In this document: piece after piece, positions 1-10,026 of the stretch
How positions within the stretch are numbered: the first letter of the stretch is position 1
Layout of the letters: each line of letters starts with the position of its first letter
Source: Akkermansiaceae bacterium
Lineage (GTDB): Bacteria; Verrucomicrobiota; Verrucomicrobiia; Verrucomicrobiales; Akkermansiaceae
Reading direction: 5' to 3'
Assembly: GCA_051251915.1 (NCBI GenBank)
Contig: JBPOGF010000008.1
Span: forward strand, 96,306 to 160,305
DNA length: 64,000 nt
Notes under the pieces: model-generated
Database searches by the model: none
Told to the model about the DNA's origin: nothing
The model's input: the letters and a program-made list of their open reading frames with translations, nothing else
Position numbers and translations under genes: made by a program

Positions 1-888
1 CAACTCTACAAAGTCAGAGACGTTGAAACAGGTGACCTCATGATCATGAAGACCCCGTCGTCAAATTTTCAGGACGACCCAGCCTACATCGAGAGATTCA
101 TTACCGAGGAATGGATTGGCAAAAGAACTAAACATCGAAACCTCATCGACATCATCGAAGGAAAGAAGAAGCCCACATTCCTCTACTACCTCATGGAGCA
201 CATCCACGGAGTCAACCTCTTTGACTGGGCGAAATCCAAAAAAGGTAACCTCGAAGTATCCGAAGTAATCACCGTCATGAAAGGAATCGTTGGCGGAGTC
301 AGAGCACTACACCGACTCGAAACACTCCACCAGGACCTCAAACCGGACAACATTATGATCACCAAGGAAAATGTCGTAAAAGTAATAGACTTTGGTTCAT
401 GCAGAGTTGCTAGCCTACACAACAAAGCGACCACTCACGAAAGTGAAGAAAATCTCGGCACCATGGACTTTGGCGCTCCTGAATACCGATTCCCCGGAGG
501 ACAAATCAGCACCAAATCTGATCAGTTCTCTATTGCCGTCATCGTTTATAACCTCCTCACTAACGAAAAACACCCATACGGAGAGCGATGGAAAAAAGCG
601 AATACCCTTCAAGATTTCACAGCATTAGACTACACCCCAAGTTACCACTACTCCCCAATGGTTCCCCACTGGGTAGACAAAGCACTAAAGAAAGCATTAA
701 GCGTGAACCCAGCGAGAAGATACTCTAGCTTGAGCGAATTCGTGCATGACTTAGAGACCCCAAATCCAGATTTCATCGAAGCCAGAAACCTCCCTTACAT
801 AGAAAGAAACCCAGTCTTATTCTGGAAGACCGTTTCCGGTATCCTTTCCCTCATCATCCTCCTCTTGCTCACTTTACTTAATTCATAG
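1..888 (+). CDS. Membrane-anchored Ser/Thr protein kinase, 5'-truncated by the window (probably the C-terminal half of a PP2C phosphatase/kinase fusion)
   Basis: Frame is open from base 1 (QLYKVRDVETGDLMIMK...). Kinase motifs YLMEHIHG, HQDLKPDN, DFG, GTMDFGAPE, SDQFS; C-terminal hydrophobic helix. The PP2C part is inferred from family context only. Confidence 0.85.
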   Translation, partial: QLYKVRDVETGDLMIMKTPSSNFQDDPAYIERFITEEWIGKRTKHRNLIDIIEGKKKPTFLYYLMEHIHGVNLFDWAKSKKGNLEVSEVITVMKGIVGGVRALHRLETLHQDLKPDNIMITKENVVKVIDFGSCRVASLHNKATTHESEENLGTMDFGAPEYRFPGGQISTKSDQFSIAVIVYNLLTNEKHPYGERWKKANTLQDFTALDYTPSYHYSPMVPHWVDKALKKALSVNPARRYSSLSEFVHDLETPNPDFIEARNLPYIERNPVLFWKTVSGILSLIILLLLTLLNS

Positions 889-935
889 AAATGATGACCT
901 TAATTCATTAACTCAAATCATTCCCCTCCGAGAGT

Positions 936-951
936 TGGCACCCAAAGTGCT
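936..951 (+). promoter_or_regulatory. Sigma-54 (-24/-12) promoter upstream of nirA
   Basis: TGGCAC-CCAAA-GTGCT with exact GG-N10-GC spacing (GG 937-938, GC 949-950), directly upstream of a nitrogen-assimilation operon. Confidence 0.7.
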
Positions 952-963
952 ATAAATAATCTC

Positions 964-2502
964 ATGATACAAGATTCGGGAGCGCAAAGTCCATTCAACC
1001 ACGATCTGAGGCATAGTGACCCAGATTGGGCCCGACTTTCACCTTATCTTGAAGCAGGTGATGACATAGACCTTCTCTACTACCTCTATCAAGGACTCAT
1101 CTTCCCAAAGGAAACCAACCTAATGTTACGCTGCCGCATGAGTGGTGGCGAACTCAGCAGCGAACAAGTCACTACATTAGCTGACATCGCAGAAACTCAT
1201 GGAGCAGGATATGCCGATGTCACCACTCGCGCCAATTTTCAAATCCGCGACATCGCAGACAGCGACGGAATCATCGTCCTCAAAAAACTGCTCCATCTAG
1301 GAATAGCCCCAGCTGTCAAAGGACTCAACAATCTAAGAAACGTCACCGTCACCCCCACCACCGGATTCGATACCAATGAACTGATAGACGTGATGCCTAT
1401 CGCCAAAGATATCCACAACTGCCTACTCTACAAAAACGAACTCCAAGGCCTCCCAGGCAAATTCAACATTGCGCTAGACAGCGGTGGAAAAATCAGCGTC
1501 GCCTCAGAAGCTAATGACCTAGGAATCAAAGCCGTCTCAGTAAATGGAAAAGTTTACTTCAGACTATCCGTTGCCGACATCCGCAATGAAACAACCATTT
1601 CCCAAGACCTCAACTGGCTAATCAAGCCAGAGGATATAGTGACCGTCACATCCGTCATCATCGAGACTTATCTAACAGAAGGAGATTTCAGCAAGCGATT
1701 ACGCTCACGTCTCAAATTCCTGATCAACCAAATTGGCATTGAAGAATTCAAATCCAAAGTCAAATCTCAACTCACAGCCTCTATCATCGAGGACGACTCA
1801 GCACAAACACCTCCGGAGAGATTAACAGATGCTCACCTCGGAGTGCATGATCAACATCAGGATAAACTCTGCTACCTCGGCGTCAACGGCGCAGCAGGTA
1901 GATACACCAGCCAACAACTAAGAAAACTCGCAACCGTCGCACAAAAATTCGGTAATTCCAACATCCGCCTCACCACCCTTCAAAACTGCCTCGTCCCACA
2001 CGTTGATCGAGCCAATCTCAACGCAGTCATTGAAACCTTCTTATCACAATCACTCACCGTCACTTCCAAGCTAGCTGGCAGCATAGTTGCCTGCACAGGC
2101 AGCTCAGGTTGCTCGTATTCTGCCACAGCAACGAAAGAACACTCATTAGAATTATCTCAATATTTACAGAAACTAGGAGATTACAATGAAGCTGTAAATA
2201 TCCACTTCACAGGATGCCCGTTCAGCTGCGCCCAAAACTACATTGGCGACATCGGTCTCATCGGAGTTCGCGTAAAAAATCAGGAATGTTATCACGTCTA
2301 CCTAGGAGGCGGAGCAGACGTCAACCTCTCAGCCGTTAGAGTAAGGAAAGCCATCCCGTATAAGAAATTAGCCTCCTACATTAAGTCTTTGTTAGATCTC
2401 TTCAAACAAGAAAAACTACATAGTGAGAACTTCAATAGTTTTGTCCACAGATACGGCATTAATCATTTTACTCAATCAGCTCAAGTAGGAGGTATGATAT
2501 AA
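964..2502 (+). CDS. nirA: NirA-family siroheme/[4Fe-4S] (ferredoxin-type) nitrite reductase
   Basis: TTRANFQIR, NLRNV, LPGKFN, and cluster/siroheme ligands ACTGSSGC and TGCPFSC; adjacent to nitrate reductase and nitrate transporter. Confidence 0.8.
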   Translation: MIQDSGAQSPFNHDLRHSDPDWARLSPYLEAGDDIDLLYYLYQGLIFPKETNLMLRCRMSGGELSSEQVTTLADIAETHGAGYADVTTRANFQIRDIADSDGIIVLKKLLHLGIAPAVKGLNNLRNVTVTPTTGFDTNELIDVMPIAKDIHNCLLYKNELQGLPGKFNIALDSGGKISVASEANDLGIKAVSVNGKVYFRLSVADIRNETTISQDLNWLIKPEDIVTVTSVIIETYLTEGDFSKRLRSRLKFLINQIGIEEFKSKVKSQLTASIIEDDSAQTPPERLTDAHLGVHDQHQDKLCYLGVNGAAGRYTSQQLRKLATVAQKFGNSNIRLTTLQNCLVPHVDRANLNAVIETFLSQSLTVTSKLAGSIVACTGSSGCSYSATATKEHSLELSQYLQKLGDYNEAVNIHFTGCPFSCAQNYIGDIGLIGVRVKNQECYHVYLGGGADVNLSAVRVRKAIPYKKLASYIKSLLDLFKQEKLHSENFNSFVHRYGINHFTQSAQVGGMI

Positions 2503-4139
2503 TGCTGAAATTAATCGACCCAGAAACTGAAGAACAAGAAGCAACCTTAATTGACGCCCTACTCGCTGAGCAAAAGACACTCACCGCAGTAGAACGCTTC
2601 AGCCAACAGCACGAATACACCTCCAAAGTCATTCAGGCTCCCAGCTATCAAGACCTCATCCCCATCAGAAAGCCATCCACAGGCGAGCAATACAGCTTCT
2701 CCGTAGACCTCGACAAATGCACCGGCTGCAAAGCCTGCGTCGTAGCCTGCCATAGTTTAAACGGACTCGATAAAACCGAATCCTGGAGAGACATCGGAGA
2801 AATTGTCAGCCTAGATTCAGCAGACAAACAAACCGTCACCAGCGCCTGCCATCATTGCGCAGACCCTGCATGCCTAAACGGTTGCCCAGTCGGAGCCTAT
2901 GAGAAAATGCCAGATACCGGAGTTGTTAGACACCTCGATGACCAGTGCATCGGCTGTCAATACTGCTCACTCAAATGCCCATATGACGTCCCTAAATACA
3001 ACAAAGATCTAGGCATTGTTAGAAAATGCGACATCTGCCACGAGCGCCTCGCAGAAGGTGAAGCCCCAGCCTGTGTCCAGTCCTGCCCAAGTGGAGCCAT
3101 CTCCATCCAGCTCATCAAAACCGAGCAAATCCACGAAAACGCAAAACGAGAAACATCCATCATCAATGGAGCATACCGCTCAGACTACACCCTCCCATCC
3201 ACCGTCTACACTAGTAAACGCAAGCTCAGTGACACCATGACTGCAGCAGATGAGCACTCAATACAACCATCTCATAAACACACCCCTCTCAGCTGGATGC
3301 TAACCCTCACCCAGCTCTCTGTCGGCATCTCAGTCGCTGACCTCCTCGCTCGTTTAATCGCTCCTGAATGGTCACTAGCACTACATATTCCACTCACCAT
3401 ACTCGCCGTTATCTTCGGCCTCACTGGTCTCATCTCCAGCACACTCCACCTCGGTAGCCCACTCGGCTCATGGAGAGTATTCCTCGGACTCAAGACCTCA
3501 TGGCTCAGCCGTGAAATCATCCTCTTCGGCATGTGGATGCCCGCACTCCTAGGCTTCACCGGCTTAACCATCGCTTCACAACACGCCGATAAACTCCCAA
3601 CCTGGCTCCCAACCATCGAAAACACTTGGATCATCCTCGCCGGAGCATCCGCCGTCGCTCTAGGACTCATCTCAGTATTCTGTTCCATCATGGTATACGT
3701 CGACACCAAACGAGCATTCTGGACCCTCGGTAAAACAACCTCAAAGTTCACCGGTACCTTACTACTAGGTGGCGCCACCGCTATTCTCATTGCCTCACTA
3801 GTGTTCAACAATGAGACCCCAGTAACTCTCTGGGTAGCCCTCGTCCTAGCCACACTCTGGAAAACATCCGCAGACACCATCTCTCTCATCTCAGCCAAGC
3901 AAACCACCTGGTCCATGAGCAAAAAAAGCGCCCTCATCCAGCTCCACAGCCTACGCTCCACCCTCACCCTCCGCTGGATCATGATGGCCGTATCCATCCT
4001 AAGCATCATCCTCACCATCTACTCTCCTCTCTTCTCAGTCGCAGCGATTCTGGCAATGCTACTAGGTGAGTTCTTACAACGCCAAATTTTCTTCCAAGCA
4101 GTGGTCACCCTTAAAATGCCAGGAAATCTAGAACGATGA
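2502..4139 (+). CDS. Fused DmsB-like tetra-[4Fe-4S] protein and DmsC/YnfH-like multi-pass membrane anchor
   Basis: Four Cys groups ([40 protein letters not shown]...PACVQSC), then about 8 hydrophobic segments with HLGSP and SWLSREI motifs. TAATG overlap with nirA. Confidence 0.85.
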   Translation: MLKLIDPETEEQEATLIDALLAEQKTLTAVERFSQQHEYTSKVIQAPSYQDLIPIRKPSTGEQYSFSVDLDKCTGCKACVVACHSLNGLDKTESWRDIGEIVSLDSADKQTVTSACHHCADPACLNGCPVGAYEKMPDTGVVRHLDDQCIGCQYCSLKCPYDVPKYNKDLGIVRKCDICHERLAEGEAPACVQSCPSGAISIQLIKTEQIHENAKRETSIINGAYRSDYTLPSTVYTSKRKLSDTMTAADEHSIQPSHKHTPLSWMLTLTQLSVGISVADLLARLIAPEWSLALHIPLTILAVIFGLTGLISSTLHLGSPLGSWRVFLGLKTSWLSREIILFGMWMPALLGFTGLTIASQHADKLPTWLPTIENTWIILAGASAVALGLISVFCSIMVYVDTKRAFWTLGKTTSKFTGTLLLGGATAILIASLVFNNETPVTLWVALVLATLWKTSADTISLISAKQTTWSMSKKSALIQLHSLRSTLTLRWIMMAVSILSIILTIYSPLFSVAAILAMLLGEFLQRQIFFQAVVTLKMPGNLER

Positions 4140-6352
4140 CATTAAAAGCCAAACTCTTAAAAACAATCCCGCCTATTTTCCAACAAAGCGGACCAAAAAC
4201 CAGCCAGCTCCTACGCTCACCTGGCAAGTTCGGCCTCGGTCAAGTTCCCCAGCACAGCGCCCCAGACAGCACCACCAGCATGGTCTGCGGATTCTGCTCA
4301 ACCGGTTGCAGCCTAAATATCCACATCAAAGACAACCAAGCCGTAAACCTTACCCCTGACTCAGATTACCCAGTCAACCTAGGCATGGCATGCCCCAAAG
4401 GATGGGAAGCCCTCGAACCTTTAAAAGCAACCGACCGCGCCACCACCCCTCTCCTCAGAAAATATAAATCTGGCGAGCTAGAAGAGGTCTCATGGGAGAC
4501 AGCTATGGACGAATTCCAAAAGAAATTCAAATCAGTCCAAGCCCGCCACGGCAAAGATTCAGTCGCCTTCATCAGCACCGGCCAAATCGTTACAGAAGAA
4601 ATGGCATTCCTCGGCGCCCTAGCTAAATTCGGCATGGGCATGAAACACGGCGATGGCAACACCCGCCAATGCATGGCAACCGCCGTTGCAGCCTATAAAC
4701 AAAGCTTCGGCTTCGATGCCCCCCCATACTCCTATCAAGACTTTGAAAAGTCAGACGTCATCGTTCTCGTCGGCTCCAACCTCTGCATCGCCCACCCCAT
4801 CATGTGGCAAAGAGTTGAGAAAAATAAACTCAAACCAGAAATCATCGTTGTAGACCCCAGAACCACAGAGACCGCCGTAGCTGCCACCCAGCACTATCCC
4901 ATCATGCCGAAATCTGACCTCCCCTTCTTCTACGGCATCGCACACATCCTCATCAAAAATGGCTGGATCGACCAACAATACATCGACTCCCACACCAACG
5001 ATTACCAAGACTTCGCCAAACACGTAGAAAAATTCACCCCTGAACTAGTCCACAAACAATCAGGCATCCCCCCTGAAATGTTAGAGAAACTAGCCTCCAC
5101 CATCCATCAAGGAAAAAACGTCTCCTTCTGGTGGACCATGGGCGTCAACCAAGGACACGAAGCCACCCGCACCGCCCAAGCCATCATCAACCTAGCCCTC
5201 ATGACCGGCAACATCGGCAGACCAGGAACCGGCGCCAACTCCATCACCGGCCAGTGCAACGCCATGGGCTCAAGACTCTTCAGCAACACCACCGGCCTAC
5301 TTGGCGGCCATTCATTCTCAGACCCCACAGACAGACAAAAAGTCGCCAAAATCCTAGAAATAGAAGAATCCACCATACCCGACGAACCTAGCCTAGCCTA
5401 CGATCAAATCATCCAAGGCATCCACGACGGAAAGATCAAGGGCCTCTGGGTCATCGCCACCAACGGCGCCCACTCATGGATCAATCAGGACAAATACAAC
5501 GAAGCCATGGAGAAACTAGATTTCCTCGTGGTCCAAGACATGTATTCCTCCACCGAAAGCGCCGTCAATGCCGACCTCGTCCTCCCCGCAGCAGGTTGGG
5601 GAGAAAAAGACGGAGTCTTCATCAACTCAGAACGCCGCATCGGACTCGTCAAAAAAGTCTCCCGAGCTCCAGGCCTAGCACTCTCAGACTTCAACATCTT
5701 TAAACTCGTCGCCCAATTCTGGGGCTGCGCCGAAATGTTCCAAAAATGGAGTTCACCCGAAGAAGTATTCAAAATACTCACAGAACTCACCAGAGATCAA
5801 CCCTGCGACATCACAGGCATCAAAGATTACAAACTGCTAGAAGTCACCAAAGGTATCCAATGGCCATGTGACGAAAACGAAATAGAACACCTCACAACCA
5901 ACAACGAACGCCGCCTTTTCGCCGACGGAAAATACTACCATCCAGACGGCAAAGCAAAATTCCTCTTCAGCGACCCCACCCCCGTAGCAGAATCCACCAC
6001 CAAAGAATTCCCCTACATTCTCCTAACAGGCAGAGGAACATCCGCCCAATGGCACACCCAGACGCGCACCAAAAAATCAGAAATCCTCAAAAAACTCTAC
6101 CCAGAGTCCGTCTACATCGAAATCAATCCCAGCGATGCAGCCAAACTTAACATCAAGTCAAACCAACAAATCACCGTCAGCTCCACCCGCGCCACAGTTG
6201 AAGCCACAGCTTACATATCAAACTCCGTCCAACCAGGCCAACTCTTCATGCCCATGCACTACGCTAAGGCAAACCGCCTCACCCACGCCTCCTTCGACCC
6301 CCACTCCCGCCAACCCAGCTACAAATACTGCGCCGTAAAGATAACAGCTTAG
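4136..6352 (+). CDS. nasA: Assimilatory-type nitrate reductase catalytic subunit (Mo-bisPGD, one [4Fe-4S]; NarB/NasA-like)
   Basis: CGFCSTGC...CPKG, NTRQCM Mo-ligand motif, MGVNQ, GQCNAMG, TGR...[20 protein letters not shown]. No twin-Arg signal. ATGA overlap with the upstream gene. Confidence 0.9.
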   Translation: MTLKAKLLKTIPPIFQQSGPKTSQLLRSPGKFGLGQVPQHSAPDSTTSMVCGFCSTGCSLNIHIKDNQAVNLTPDSDYPVNLGMACPKGWEALEPLKATDRATTPLLRKYKSGELEEVSWETAMDEFQKKFKSVQARHGKDSVAFISTGQIVTEEMAFLGALAKFGMGMKHGDGNTRQCMATAVAAYKQSFGFDAPPYSYQDFEKSDVIVLVGSNLCIAHPIMWQRVEKNKLKPEIIVVDPRTTETAVAATQHYPIMPKSDLPFFYGIAHILIKNGWIDQQYIDSHTNDYQDFAKHVEKFTPELVHKQSGIPPEMLEKLASTIHQGKNVSFWWTMGVNQGHEATRTAQAIINLALMTGNIGRPGTGANSITGQCNAMGSRLFSNTTGLLGGHSFSDPTDRQKVAKILEIEESTIPDEPSLAYDQIIQGIHDGKIKGLWVIATNGAHSWINQDKYNEAMEKLDFLVVQDMYSSTESAVNADLVLPAAGWGEKDGVFINSERRIGLVKKVSRAPGLALSDFNIFKLVAQFWGCAEMFQKWSSPEEVFKILTELTRDQPCDITGIKDYKLLEVTKGIQWPCDENEIEHLTTNNERRLFADGKYYHPDGKAKFLFSDPTPVAESTTKEFPYILLTGRGTSAQWHTQTRTKKSEILKKLYPESVYIEINPSDAAKLNIKSNQQITVSSTRATVEATAYISNSVQPGQLFMPMHYAKANRLTHASFDPHSRQPSYKYCAVKITA

Positions 6353-6388
6353 TTAATGAAAACCTCAGAACCCAAGTAACTGCCCGAA

Positions 6389-7285
6389 CTAGGCAATCAC
6401 ACCCTCATTCTGCAGTCTAAGCTCCTCTACAGCCTCCTTATCTAGGAAGCCAAGAGTCTCACCATTAGAAAATACTCGGCTAGGCCCTTTAATATGTGAA
6501 CGTTGCTCCAAGAAAGCCAGCAAATGCTCACGACACTCAAAAAACTTAGGATCATCAAACACCTCAGTCCGGTTTCTCGGACGAGGAAAATCGATTTCCA
6601 AAATCTCTCCCACTCCAGCCTTAGGACCATTAGACATCATCACGCAGCGGTCAGCCATAAACACAGCCTCGTCCACATCGTGAGTCACAATCATAGCAGT
6701 CAACTTCTCTCTCGCTAGAATATCAATAATCACATCCTGCAATTCCATCCTAGTAAGCGAATCCAGCCGTCCAAACGGCTCATCTAACAAAAGCACCTTC
6801 GGCTGCAATGCTATCGCACGGGCAATACCCACTCGCTGCTGCATCCCTCCTGACAACTCCGCCGGATACTTCTTCATCGAATCCGCCAGCCCCACCACAG
6901 AAAGTGAATGCTCCACAATCTGCTTACGTGTCGCCTTATTCACATGCGGATACACATTCTTCACACCCAGCATCACATTACCAAATGCAGTCATCCACGG
7001 CATCAGGCAAGGTGACTGGAAAACCACAGCCCTGTCAGGACCAGGTCCATCAATCTCACTATTACCTAAAATAATACCCCCATCAGAGATCTCATTTAAA
7101 CCAGCCAACATCGTCAAAACCGTAGACTTACCACAACCAGAGTGACCAATGAGAGAAATGAACTCCCCCTCTTTGATCATTAGATTAAAATCCTCCACCA
7201 CACGGAAGTCATCCCCATAAGGATTTGGATATTCCTTTACAAGATGAGAGATTTCTACGAATCGTGAATTTTCTGTTTTGGACAT
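6389..7285 (-). CDS. nrtD: Nitrate ABC transporter ATP-binding subunit (NrtD-like)
   Basis: [31 protein letters not shown]. Confidence 0.88.
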   Translation of the reverse strand: MSKTENSRFVEISHLVKEYPNPYGDDFRVVEDFNLMIKEGEFISLIGHSGCGKSTVLTMLAGLNEISDGGIILGNSEIDGPGPDRAVVFQSPCLMPWMTAFGNVMLGVKNVYPHVNKATRKQIVEHSLSVVGLADSMKKYPAELSGGMQQRVGIARAIALQPKVLLLDEPFGRLDSLTRMELQDVIIDILAREKLTAMIVTHDVDEAVFMADRCVMMSNGPKAGVGEILEIDFPRPRNRTEVFDDPKFFECREHLLAFLEQRSHIKGPSRVFSNGETLGFLDKEAVEELRLQNEGVIA

Positions 7286-7309
7286 AATAAAGATAATAAT
7301 GGTTCAGAG

Positions 7310-8218
7310 TTACTGAGTGCTTCTAGAGGGTGAAATGGATTTCTTATTCAAGTGGCTAAATTTGAGTGATGCTGACGGAAGCTTAAAGTCCCTCGGCTGC
7401 ACATCAGGCATAGGAATAAACTCATCATTCTTCTGCGCTTTATTCTCTCTATTAAGAGCAAACATAAAGGCCGTGATTTCAGACTTAAGACGCATGAACT
7501 CAGGATGATCATTTAAAGTATGCCGGTCTCTAGGCCTATCCATATTCACAGTGAACTCCTTCGCTAAAGTAGCACCCGGCCCCATCGTCAAAGGGATAAT
7601 TCTATCTGCCATTAACACCGCTTCATCCACATCATTCGTGATCATCACAACTGTGCGCTGATCCTCTCCCCATATTCTCAAAATCTCATCTTGAAGATCA
7701 GAACGCGTAAGCGCATCCAGAGCTGATAACGGCTCATCCAGAAGTAGCACCTCAGGCTTCAACGATAACGTCCTCGCCAGTGAAGCTCGCTGCCTCATCC
7801 CGCCGGATAGCTCATGCGGCTTCCTATCCCTCGCAGGGGTAAGTTTTACCATATCAATATAGTTCATTATGTGAGCTTCTACCTCAGCCTTCTTCATCTT
7901 TGGAAATACAGAACGCACAGCTAACTCTATATTCTCAAATACAGACAACCACGGCAGCAACGAATAATTCTGAAACATAATTCCACGATCAGGCCCTGGC
8001 GCATTTTTTACTTCACCATTAAGTCGCACTTCACCCTTATCTGGATTCTCTAACCCAGCAAGTAAGTTCATCAACGTCGACTTACCAGATCCAGAGAATC
8101 CAATAATTGCAACAAACTCATTCTCCTCAACCTTGAGATTAATATTCTCTAGCACCTCAGTGCGGGAACTAGGAGGGCCGAAGCCTACATTAACGTTATC
8201 AACTTCTAAGAAAGACAT
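7310..8218 (-). CDS. nrtC: Nitrate ABC transporter ATP-binding subunit (NrtC-like)
   Basis: [24 protein letters not shown]-loop reads TND. Confidence 0.85.
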   Translation of the reverse strand: MSFLEVDNVNVGFGPPSSRTEVLENINLKVEENEFVAIIGFSGSGKSTLMNLLAGLENPDKGEVRLNGEVKNAPGPDRGIMFQNYSLLPWLSVFENIELAVRSVFPKMKKAEVEAHIMNYIDMVKLTPARDRKPHELSGGMRQRASLARTLSLKPEVLLLDEPLSALDALTRSDLQDEILRIWGEDQRTVVMITNDVDEAVLMADRIIPLTMGPGATLAKEFTVNMDRPRDRHTLNDHPEFMRLKSEITAFMFALNRENKAQKNDEFIPMPDVQPRDFKLPSASLKFSHLNKKSISPSRSTQ

Positions 8219-8247
8219 GTTATAATTTGGTTATAATTAGATTAAGA

Positions 8248-9873
8248 TTAAGCGGTTGCTGACCCATCATCAAATGACACAAGTCTCTGCAGGATGATCA
8301 TCAAACGGTCTAAGAAAAAACCGATGATTCCCACTACAAAACATGCTAAGATAATATTTGCAAATGACTGAGAAGAACCGTTCTGATATTCATCCCATAC
8401 AAATTTACCAAGACCATCAGATGAAGACAGTGCCTCAGCTGCAATAAGAACCATCCAGCCCACACCTAGTGAGATACGAAGACCTGCAAACATTAACGGT
8501 AATGATGAAGGAATGATAATCTTAAACAAGCGTGACCAGAATCCCAGACGCAGCACCTTCGCCACATTCAAATGATCCTTATCAATCGCGGAGACACCCA
8601 GCGCAGTATTCACCAGCGCAGGCCAGAGAGCACACATTGCCACCGTGCAAGCGGAAAATATCATAGCCGGATTCGTCTGCAAAAACGCTAACGGATTATT
8701 CGGGCTATTCATAAACATGAACAACGGATGAGTCTCGGGATCAGGGAAAAATGCACCAACAACAATCTGGAAAATCAACAACCAAACCACTGGTGAAACA
8801 GGACGAAATATTGAAATAATCGGTGTCAAGCAAGCCATCACCACACGATTCAATCCACACATAATTCCCACTGGTATCGCAACAGCAGCCGCTATAATGA
8901 AACCTACAAACACCGTCGCTATAGAACGCCAGGTCTGCCATATAATGGTCGCAGCACGCGGATACTTCTGATCCGCAGTGGAAATAGCTCTCTCAGTATT
9001 CGAGACCACACTCTTCGCCTCCTTAGCAGCATCAGCTGCCGTCGTAGCTGAAGCCAATCCAGCTGCAGCCATCGCTGCTTTATCCTCCAGAGCCTCCACC
9101 TTCACCTCTCTGTTACCAGTGGTTAAATAATCAATACGCTTTTTATAATGCTGCACTTCATCAGCCATTTTATTAGCAGCCAATTGCGCATTTTTTAAAC
9201 GTTCAGGAGGATTATCACGTATGAGGTTCAGTTCATCATTCACCACCTTCAACTCAGCCTTTTCAGTATCAGCAATCACATGTTGCTTTTCAATCAGCTC
9301 AACTAAAGAATCTGAAGTCCGCTGCCCTGCTATCAATCCCTCAGAATAAGCAGCAATCTCTTCCTTTCGCAGTGCTTTTGCCTCTTTTATAGTAGCCTTC
9401 AGAGCATCCAACCGAGCCTGCACCGGCTCAATTCTATCATCCATCTCCTCCTTCACCTCACCTGCTACTATGTCAGATTCTCTCTGCAGAGAAGCCGCTC
9501 TTTCCTCAAGCTTAGCTAACTCACCAGTCACATAAATAAGAGCCTTCTCACGGTCCACACCCGTCATCTCAAAGGCTTCCTCTTTCTCATTCTCTCGCTG
9601 ATCAAAACGCCAGCTCTCTTTAAACGCTACCCATACCTTTGCTGGTGTTGGCACCTCCCCAGATTTCGTCTTATGGTTAGGCCCTGCCCAATTCCAGATT
9701 AAAATACAGAAAAGAATAAAAATAATAGGCAAAATCATATAGAGAATAATGTCGCGAATCTGTTTCTGTGGCTCTTCCTTATAAGCCAATCGCACCACTG
9801 GGTCCAAAACTTTAAAACCTGAGATATCGATGAGCTTAAGTAGGGGATATTTAATTTTAGAAAGAAGTTTCAT
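8248..9873 (-). CDS. nrtB: Nitrate ABC transporter permease (NrtB-like) with a long extracytoplasmic helical insertion
   Basis: [45 protein letters not shown]; a charged insert of about 220 aa follows the first TM helix. Confidence 0.88.
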   Translation of the reverse strand: MKLLSKIKYPLLKLIDISGFKVLDPVVRLAYKEEPQKQIRDIILYMILPIIFILFCILIWNWAGPNHKTKSGEVPTPAKVWVAFKESWRFDQRENEKEEAFEMTGVDREKALIYVTGELAKLEERAASLQRESDIVAGEVKEEMDDRIEPVQARLDALKATIKEAKALRKEEIAAYSEGLIAGQRTSDSLVELIEKQHVIADTEKAELKVVNDELNLIRDNPPERLKNAQLAANKMADEVQHYKKRIDYLTTGNREVKVEALEDKAAMAAAGLASATTAADAAKEAKSVVSNTERAISTADQKYPRAATIIWQTWRSIATVFVGFIIAAAVAIPVGIMCGLNRVVMACLTPIISIFRPVSPVVWLLIFQIVVGAFFPDPETHPLFMFMNSPNNPLAFLQTNPAMIFSACTVAMCALWPALVNTALGVSAIDKDHLNVAKVLRLGFWSRLFKIIIPSSLPLMFAGLRISLGVGWMVLIAAEALSSSDGLGKFVWDEYQNGSSQSFANIILACFVVGIIGFFLDRLMIILQRLVSFDDGSATA

Positions 9874-9968
9874 AATGATTTGGGTAACTATATATGCTTG
9901 AGCAATACCTAGACCAATCGACCAGTTTTAAATTCATCATTTCAATGAGTCCAAGTAATACAAAAGAC

Positions 9969-9997
9969 AAAAAAGCCACACCCGCTAAGGTGTGACT
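9969..9997 (-). terminator. Stem-loop with U-tract between nrtA and nrtB
   Basis: Minus strand AGTCACACC-TTAGCG-GGTGTGGCT followed by T run. Confidence 0.6.
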
Positions 9998-10026
9998 CAA
10001 ATGAACTACTAGTCTATAAGACTCTA

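Noticed and set aside
964..2502. Alternative call as CobG or sulfite reductase
   Set aside because: No cobalamin or cys genes nearby; coupling to nitrate reductase and nrtABCD favours NirA
3272..4018. Long antisense ORFs (also 15588-16232, 50095-51795, 59107-60375 and others)
   Set aside because: They shadow well-supported genes, have no recognisable motifs, and are expected from the biased codon usage
4136..6352. Alternative call as periplasmic NapA, DMSO reductase or formate dehydrogenase
   Set aside because: No Tat signal and no napB/napD; NTRQCM and MGVNQ motifs match Nas/NarB
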